The notes under the pieces are model-generated. The model was given only the letters and a program-made list of their open reading frames with translations, was not told the origin of the DNA and searched no databases. Made by a program: the position numbers and the translations under genes. Shown here piece by piece: positions 26,606 through 32,000 of a stretch of DNA of 32,000 bases. Origin of the DNA: Prochlorococcus marinus str. NATL2A (GTDB taxonomy: Bacteria; Cyanobacteriota; Cyanobacteriia; PCC-6307; Cyanobiaceae); assembly GCF_000012465.1 (NCBI RefSeq), contig NC_007335.2:810001-842000 (forward strand). Direction: 5' to 3'. Each line of letters begins with the position of its first letter. Positions within the stretch are counted from its first letter, which is position 1.

Positions 26606-27112
26606 TTACGCCGCCTTTTTGTCTTCTGCTTGATCTGGTTCAGGTAATACAGAAAATGTTTGATGAAATTTTTCTGAGAGAGTTAACCAGAAAGAACGTC
26701 CATCCTTTTGCCGCCTTCTTTCAACGAAGTTTTTTTCTACAAGCTCTTTAATGTGATCGTATGCGCCAGATCCTCTGAGATCAACCAATTCTGATTGGAG
26801 TATTTTCTTTTTGAGTGCAACAGTCGCCAATGTTCTTAATGTCGCAATCGATAAATCTGCTGGAAGGAGATCTTGAACCAACTCACCTAGCCCTTGCCTT
26901 AATTCCAAGCTGTAATGACTTTTGTTTTCGTTTATTTCTAGAGAAGTGTCACGCTGAGCGTATCCAGCCTTAAGTTCCCAAAGTGCTTTTTCAATTTCAG
27001 CAATATCTTTATCCAGTAATTCAGCCATCTCTTTTGATGATGTTGGCCTTCCTTTGAGATACAGGATTGCCTCAATCTTCGCTGGTAATGAAATTTGTAT
27101 GCTCTCACTCAT
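26606..27112 (-). CDS. scpB: Segregation and condensation protein B
   Basis: KIEAILYLKGRPTSSKEMAELL and the second winged-helix region LRTLATVALKKKILQSELVDLRGSGAYDHIKELVEKNFV. The ATG at 27112 is preferred; the longest ORF uses TTG 27148. Confidence 0.8.
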   Translation of the reverse strand: MSESIQISLPAKIEAILYLKGRPTSSKEMAELLDKDIAEIEKALWELKAGYAQRDTSLEINENKSHYSLELRQGLGELVQDLLPADLSIATLRTLATVALKKKILQSELVDLRGSGAYDHIKELVEKNFVERRRQKDGRSFWLTLSEKFHQTFSVLPEPDQAEDKKAA

Positions 27113-27168
27113 AACATTAATACCAAAATTATTTTTCTGTATATCCAAAATTAACGCGTCTAATTAAA

Positions 27169-28704
27169 CTATGCACCTAAAAATAATTTATATGCTGGAT
27201 TATCTGTCTCATCCCAATTTTTATAACCTATTTTTTTGACAAACTCATTCCAAGCTTGAATCTCGGAATCGTTTACTAATACACCTATTACTATTCTTCC
27301 AGTATCAGCACCATGGTTTCGATAATGGAAGATGCTTATTGTCCACTCTGGTCTCATTGAGTTAACAAATCTCATTAAGGCACCAGGCCTTTCAGGAAAC
27401 TCAAATCTATATAGCAATTCTATATATTCTCCTTTAGATATTTGACTGATTGCTCTTGGTAGCCTGCCGCCAACCATATGCCTGAGATGAACTTTTGATA
27501 ATTCATCATTACTTAAATCATGACAATCAAAACCTCCCCTTTTGATCTCAGCTGTTAATAATTCCCTATCATTATTATTCGAAACTTCTACACCCATAAA
27601 TATTTGAGCTGTTTTACCTTCTGAAATCCTGTAACTAAATTCAGTTAGACTGCGTGACCCAAGTGTTTTGCATAAAAGTTTTAAACTGCCCGCTTTTTCT
27701 GGAATTCCTACTGCAATCATAGCTTCTTTTTCTTCACCTAATTCGGCTCTTTCTGCTACAAATCTTAGTCGTTCAAAATTCATATTTGCACCACAAGCTA
27801 TTGCAACTAGGTTGTTGTTTTTTAACTGATTATTTACAACATGTTTTTTTAAGCCAGCTATAGATAATGCACCTGCTGGTTCAAGAATTGATCTTGTATC
27901 CTCGAAAACATCTTTTATCGCGGCGCAAATTTCGTCAGTACTTACAGTAACCATTTCATCAATATTTTTTTTGCAAATCGAGAACGTCGTTTCTCCTACC
28001 TTCCTTACCGCAACTCCGTCTGCAAAAAGGCCAATACTCTCAAGTTCAATAGGCTCATTTGCCTTTAATGAAAGTGTCATTGCGCAGGCATCTTCTGGTT
28101 CAACACCAATAATCTTTGTATCTGGCCATATTGCTTTTACGTACGCACTTACACCAGCAATAAGTCCCCCGCCTCCAACAGCTATGTAAATCGCATCAGG
28201 CGGAGTTTGACTTTGTCTAAGTATTTCTAGACCTATTGTTCCTTGTCCTGCTATGACTTCAGGATCATCAAATGGATGTATGAAAGTTAGATTTTCTTTC
28301 TTAGATATATCTAGTGCCTTTCCATAGCACTCATCATAAGTTTCACCGAAAAGAATAACTTCTGCCTTGTGTGATTCAACTGCCCTTACTTTCATAACGG
28401 GAGTTGTCAGTGGCATAACAATTACTGCTCTGCATTTCAGGAATGATGCACTTAATGCAACTCCCTGTGCATGGTTTCCAGCGCTTGATGCAATTACTCC
28501 TTTATTTAGCTCTTCCTTGCTCAGCTGAGACATGCGGTTAAATGCACCTCTTAACTTGAATGAAAAGACAGGTTGAAGGTCTTCTCTCTTAAACCAAATG
28601 TTATTTTCGAATTTTTTGCTTAAGTTTTTCGCCTTTTCTAATGGGGTTTCTTCAGCAACGTCATAAACGCGAGCTCTTAGTATTTTCTGTAAATAGTCCT
28701 CCAT
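27169..28704 (-). CDS. ilvA: Biosynthetic threonine ammonia-lyase (threonine dehydratase)
   Basis: PLP-lysine motif FSFKLRGAFN, SSAGNHAQGVA, a glycine loop VGGGGLIAGV, and a roughly 170-aa C-terminal tandem regulatory (ACT-like) domain. Confidence 0.93.
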   Translation of the reverse strand: MEDYLQKILRARVYDVAEETPLEKAKNLSKKFENNIWFKREDLQPVFSFKLRGAFNRMSQLSKEELNKGVIASSAGNHAQGVALSASFLKCRAVIVMPLTTPVMKVRAVESHKAEVILFGETYDECYGKALDISKKENLTFIHPFDDPEVIAGQGTIGLEILRQSQTPPDAIYIAVGGGGLIAGVSAYVKAIWPDTKIIGVEPEDACAMTLSLKANEPIELESIGLFADGVAVRKVGETTFSICKKNIDEMVTVSTDEICAAIKDVFEDTRSILEPAGALSIAGLKKHVVNNQLKNNNLVAIACGANMNFERLRFVAERAELGEEKEAMIAVGIPEKAGSLKLLCKTLGSRSLTEFSYRISEGKTAQIFMGVEVSNNNDRELLTAEIKRGGFDCHDLSNDELSKVHLRHMVGGRLPRAISQISKGEYIELLYRFEFPERPGALMRFVNSMRPEWTISIFHYRNHGADTGRIVIGVLVNDSEIQAWNEFVKKIGYKNWDETDNPAYKLFLGA

Positions 28705-28823
28705 ATCTAGTTTTTCAACGATTTTTGATTTTTGTGTTTTCTACATTCCATTTGTTCTTGTGCAAGTTTTATCAAAATGTACGGTAGACCTCGTAGATTG
28801 GAGGGATTCAATCTCAGAGTTAT

Positions 28824-30710
28824 ATGCGTCTGAGCCAGTTAAGTCATCCAAATGAGCTTCATGGCTTAGCCATTAGTGAATTGGAAGATGTTGCTTGCCA
28901 AATTAGAGAAAGGCATCTTCAAGTAGTTTCTACTAGTGGTGGGCACTTAGGTCCAGGTCTTGGTGTTGTTGAGTTAACAATTGCTCTCTATCAGACTTTA
29001 GATCTAGATGTAGATAAAGTTATTTGGGATGTTGGACATCAAGCTTATCCTCACAAGTTACTTACGGGAAGATATAACCGATTTGATTCTCTCAGACAGC
29101 AAAAAGGCGTAGCTGGTTATCTAAAAAGAACAGAAAGTAAATTTGATCATTTTGGAGCTGGACATGCGAGCACATCAATTTCTGCCGCTCTTGGTATGGC
29201 TATTGCTAGAGACCGAAAAGGGGAAGATTATAAATGTGTTGCAGTAATTGGAGATGGTGCTCTTACCGGTGGAATGGCTTTAGAGGCTATTAATCATGCA
29301 GGACATCTTCCAAAAACACCTCTTTTGGTTGTCCTAAATGATAATGATATGTCGATTTCTCCTCCTGTTGGAGCATTATCGACTTATTTAAATCGTATGC
29401 GTCATAGCCCGCCTGTTCAATTCATATCTGATAGTGTCCAAGAAAGTGTGAAAAATCTTCCTTTCATGGGAGATGCTATACAAGAGGAATTTAAATCTCT
29501 TACTGGCAGCGTTAGACGTTTAGCAGTTCCAAGTGTTGGTGCAGTTTTTGAGGAATTGGGTTTTACTTATATGGGTCCTGTAGATGGGCATGATATTGCC
29601 GAATTGACTAGAACATTTAATGCTGCGCATAAAGTTGGTGGACCTGTAATGGTCCATGTCGCTACTACAAAAGGAAAAGGTTATCCATATGCTGAAGCTG
29701 ATCAGGTTGGTTACCATGCTCAGTCTTCCTTTGATCTAACAACAGGAAAATCTATTCCTTCTAAAACTCCTAAACCTCCAAGTTTTAGCAAGGTATTTGG
29801 TCAAACTTTAGTAAAGCTTTGCGAGCAAGACAGCAAAATTGTAGGTATTACTGCTGCAATGGCAGAAGGTACAGCTTTAAATCTTTTACAGAAAGCTATT
29901 CCTGATCAATATGTTGATGTTGGTATAGCAGAACAACATGCTGTAACTCTTGCTGGTGGTATGGCTTGCGAAGGCATCAAACCAGTTGTTGCCATTTACA
30001 GTACTTTTTTACAACGTGCATATGATCAGTTGATCCATGATATTGGAATACAGAATTTACCTGTAACTTTCGTATTAGATAGAGCTGGAATTGTTGGTGC
30101 TGATGGCCCAACTCATCAAGGGCAATATGACATTAGCTATTTAAGGTGTATTCCAAACTTTACTGTTATGGCTCCAAAAGATGAGTCTGAATTGCAGCAA
30201 ATGTTGGTGACCTGTATTAATCACAATGGTCCATCAGCTCTAAGGATACCTAGAGGTTCTGGAGAAGGTGCAGCTTTGATGGAGGAAGGATGGGAATCTC
30301 TGGAAATTGGTAAAGCTGAGACTTTAGAAGAGGGCGAAAACTTATTAATTATTGGTTATGGCTCTATGGTTTTCCCAGCAATTAGAACAGCAGCAATACT
30401 TAAAGAATTTGGAGTCAATAGTACTGTTATTAACGCTCGCTTCATAAGACCATTAGATGAGGATACTATTCATGAGGCAGCAAAAAGAATTGGCAAAGTA
30501 GTAACAATGGAAGAAGGAACACTATTGGGCGGCTTTGGATCTGCTGTTGTTGAATCTTTTAATGATAATGATATTTTTGTCCCTACATTAAGAATTGGAA
30601 TACCAGACAAATTAGTTGATCATGCAACGCCACAACAAAGCAAAGAATCGCTTGGCTTGACACCAGAAATGATGGCTGATCAAATTAGAAATAAATTTAA
30701 TTTTAATTAA
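28824..30710 (+). CDS. dxs: 1-deoxy-D-xylulose-5-phosphate synthase (MEP pathway)
   Basis: [17 protein letters not shown]..., [16 protein letters not shown], the TPP motif [16 protein letters not shown], and [15 protein letters not shown]. Confidence 0.95.
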   Translation: MRLSQLSHPNELHGLAISELEDVACQIRERHLQVVSTSGGHLGPGLGVVELTIALYQTLDLDVDKVIWDVGHQAYPHKLLTGRYNRFDSLRQQKGVAGYLKRTESKFDHFGAGHASTSISAALGMAIARDRKGEDYKCVAVIGDGALTGGMALEAINHAGHLPKTPLLVVLNDNDMSISPPVGALSTYLNRMRHSPPVQFISDSVQESVKNLPFMGDAIQEEFKSLTGSVRRLAVPSVGAVFEELGFTYMGPVDGHDIAELTRTFNAAHKVGGPVMVHVATTKGKGYPYAEADQVGYHAQSSFDLTTGKSIPSKTPKPPSFSKVFGQTLVKLCEQDSKIVGITAAMAEGTALNLLQKAIPDQYVDVGIAEQHAVTLAGGMACEGIKPVVAIYSTFLQRAYDQLIHDIGIQNLPVTFVLDRAGIVGADGPTHQGQYDISYLRCIPNFTVMAPKDESELQQMLVTCINHNGPSALRIPRGSGEGAALMEEGWESLEIGKAETLEEGENLLIIGYGSMVFPAIRTAAILKEFGVNSTVINARFIRPLDEDTIHEAAKRIGKVVTMEEGTLLGGFGSAVVESFNDNDIFVPTLRIGIPDKLVDHATPQQSKESLGLTPEMMADQIRNKFNFN

Positions 30711-30722
30711 TTATCAAACAAT

Positions 30723-30757
30723 AAAAAAAGGATTATTGATTAATAATCCTTTTTTTT
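30723..30757. terminator. Bidirectional intrinsic terminator between convergent dxs and psaK
   Basis: AAAAAAAGGATTATT (30723-30737), a GATT loop, then AATAATCCTTTTTTT (30742-56): a perfect 15-bp palindromic stem. The A7 and T8 flanks place a U-run after the GGAUUAUU stem on either strand. Confidence 0.8.
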
Positions 30758-30779
30758 CTATTTAATTTAGAAACTTAAT

Positions 30780-31040
30780 TTATAAAACGCCTCTAGCAGC
30801 AAGACCCAATATTGATCCTATTCCTAATACATGACCTAAGCAGTTTGCGGCTACAACAGAACCATGACTTAGCCCACCAAAAAATTGAGAATTAGGAATT
30901 GGGAACCCTTCGTTTGGCTTTTCAATATTTGATCTTGCAATTGCATAAGCAAGTATATTGCAAATGATCATCACAACGGCACATTTTGGAGACCACTGAA
31001 ATGTCACTGGATCAGCTGCTGCTAATAATGTTGTGAGCAT
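30780..31040 (-). CDS. psaK: Photosystem I reaction centre subunit PsaK
   Basis: 86 aa: ...WSPKCAVVMIICNILAYAI...FFGGLSHGSVVAANCLGHVLGIGSILGLAARGVL, the two-TM PsaK pattern. Confidence 0.9.
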   Translation of the reverse strand: MLTTLLAAADPVTFQWSPKCAVVMIICNILAYAIARSNIEKPNEGFPIPNSQFFGGLSHGSVVAANCLGHVLGIGSILGLAARGVL

Positions 31041-31110
31041 CTTTTATCCCTATTGAATAAATACATTATCAACCATAAAGATTGATTTTGCGTCAAATGT
31101 TACTTACCTC

Positions 31111-31455
31111 TTAAGAGTTTTTTACTTCTGCTTTATTTTTAAATGACTGGAGCATCAAAACAAAACCGTAAACAACAAATGCATCGCTAATCGTTAAGAA
31201 CGATTCTGCTAGTCCATGCAGTACATCAACATTTGTTAATTCATCCCCAAAATAAATTTGTGCGATTATTGCAAAAACAATCGTCATGAATACAAATAAA
31301 AGAGTTAACTTAAAGCCAATAAATGATATTTTTGGTATCGCTTTTGTTTTGCCCGCGTAACGCAGAAATACTAGATAAGGGATTAGTGAAATGACGAAAA
31401 ATGGACTGGGGTCAATTCGTGCTATTGAATCAAGACTAAGAATTGAAATATTCAT
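31111..31455 (-). CDS. Small membrane protein, DUF3593-like
   Basis: 114 aa with 3-4 TM helices. Its start overlaps the stop of the upstream gene (ATGA at 31452-31455). The family name is from memory, based on its pairing with a DUF2499-type gene. Confidence 0.55.
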   Translation of the reverse strand: MNISILSLDSIARIDPSPFFVISLIPYLVFLRYAGKTKAIPKISFIGFKLTLLFVFMTIVFAIIAQIYFGDELTNVDVLHGLAESFLTISDAFVVYGFVLMLQSFKNKAEVKNS

Positions 31456-31760
31456 TGGTTCGATTGTGATGACTCAGACCTAAACAAGTTCCAAGCAGCA
31501 AATGCAAGACATATATTTCCTACAGTTGTAAGAGCCGCCTGTAGTACAACTAATCCTTTTAATTCAATACTGTTGTCGAATATATGCCATGTGATTGCTG
31601 CCATAGCACTAGCTAAATTTGGCAACATTGCTAAAGCAAAATAACCCAAAGCCTTGTTATTGGTTATTGATGAAATATAGTCAATTATTATTATTGCAAT
31701 TGCCCACTCAAATAGAGTCGCAATATGGATAAACCATGTTCCTAAAGATAGTTCATGCAT
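31452..31760 (-). CDS. Small membrane protein, DUF2499 / Ycf49-like
   Basis: 102 aa: MHELSLGTWFIHIATLFEWAIAI... with 3 TM helices. The family name is from memory. Confidence 0.55.
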   Translation of the reverse strand: MHELSLGTWFIHIATLFEWAIAIIIIDYISSITNNKALGYFALAMLPNLASAMAAITWHIFDNSIELKGLVVLQAALTTVGNICLAFAAWNLFRSESSQSNQ

Positions 31761-32000
31761 ATATTTTTTGTTGTTTAGTAAGCTCTTTTAAAACTTCTTG
31801 AGCATGTCCAATTGGTCTTACTCCTATCCATTTATATACAACTATACCTTCTGGGTTGATCAGAAATGTATTTCTTTTTGAGTAGGGATCTAACCATGAA
31901 TCGTATGACTTGCTAATTACTGAATTTGCATCTGATAGTAATGTATATCCAAGATTTTCGGATGTACAAAATGATTCGTGCTCTTCTTCACTATCTGCAC
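31753..32000 (-). CDS. Peroxiredoxin, Bcp/PrxQ-type (AhpC/TSA family), C-terminal part (5' end lies outside the window)
   Basis: Hand translation of the - strand gives ADSEEEHESFCTSENLGYTLLSDANSVISKSYDSW...RNTFLINPEGIVVYKWIGVRPIGHAQEVLKELTKQQKIYA*. The pattern DS..H..F......L.LLSD ... R.TF.I...G is Bcp-like. The TGA stop at 31753-31755 overlaps the next gene by 8 nt. Confidence 0.75.
   Translation of the reverse strand, partial: ADSEEEHESFCTSENLGYTLLSDANSVISKSYDSWLDPYSKRNTFLINPEGIVVYKWIGVRPIGHAQEVLKELTKQQKIYA

Noticed and set aside
24932-29717. Antisense ORFs in pyk (24932-25165), ilvA (27971-28189) and dxs (29520-29717), and in thf1 (20056-20295)
   Set aside because: They are shadow ORFs inside confidently assigned enzyme genes.
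1-32000. Mobile elements, CRISPR arrays, tRNA/rRNA genes and known defence systems
   Set aside because: I found no repeat-spacer periodicity and no tRNA-like GTTCGAATC/T-loop text in the intergenic regions. I found no integrase, transposase, RT, nuclease or STAND-ATPase-like ORFs. The window reads as core chromosome. The claim of a novel system therefore rests only on the modest leads listed under findings.

Overview
This window is AT-rich and gene-dense, and it reads as core chromosome of a marine picocyanobacterium, most likely Prochlorococcus. That assignment is an inference from gene content (psaK, petN, thf1, PAM68-like, ycf19/yggT) and composition. About 45 CDS are supported. They cover housekeeping functions (dnaE 3' part, rpsO, ruvA, dnaG, rlmH, rsmA/ksgA, scpB), MEP-pathway genes (ispE, dxs), pdhB-secD-secF, clpP, ftsH, pyk and ilvA, plus photosynthesis-related small subunits. 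I found no rRNA, tRNA, CRISPR array, transposase, integrase or recognisable defence-system gene. I do not see a clear-cut novel multi-gene system. Four leads are worth follow-up. (1) A LexA-boxed umuD-umuC cassette is followed on the same strand by an uncharacterised 168-aa ORF carrying an HExxH zincin motif. (2) A C8 homopolymer, the longest G/C run I saw in the window, sits early in a GT-C/ArnT-like glycosyltransferase gene and could act as an on/off slippage site. (3) A very AT-rich stretch at about 15.5-19.8 kb holds short orphan-like ORFs and long spacers, one of which contains a perfect 26-bp palindrome built from a thrice-used TATACCA half-site and an NtcA-type promoter architecture. 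(4) Several micro-ORFs fall below the roughly 60-aa floor of the ORF track, including a confident petN. All homology calls were made by eye from motifs. No searches or numeric statistics were run.
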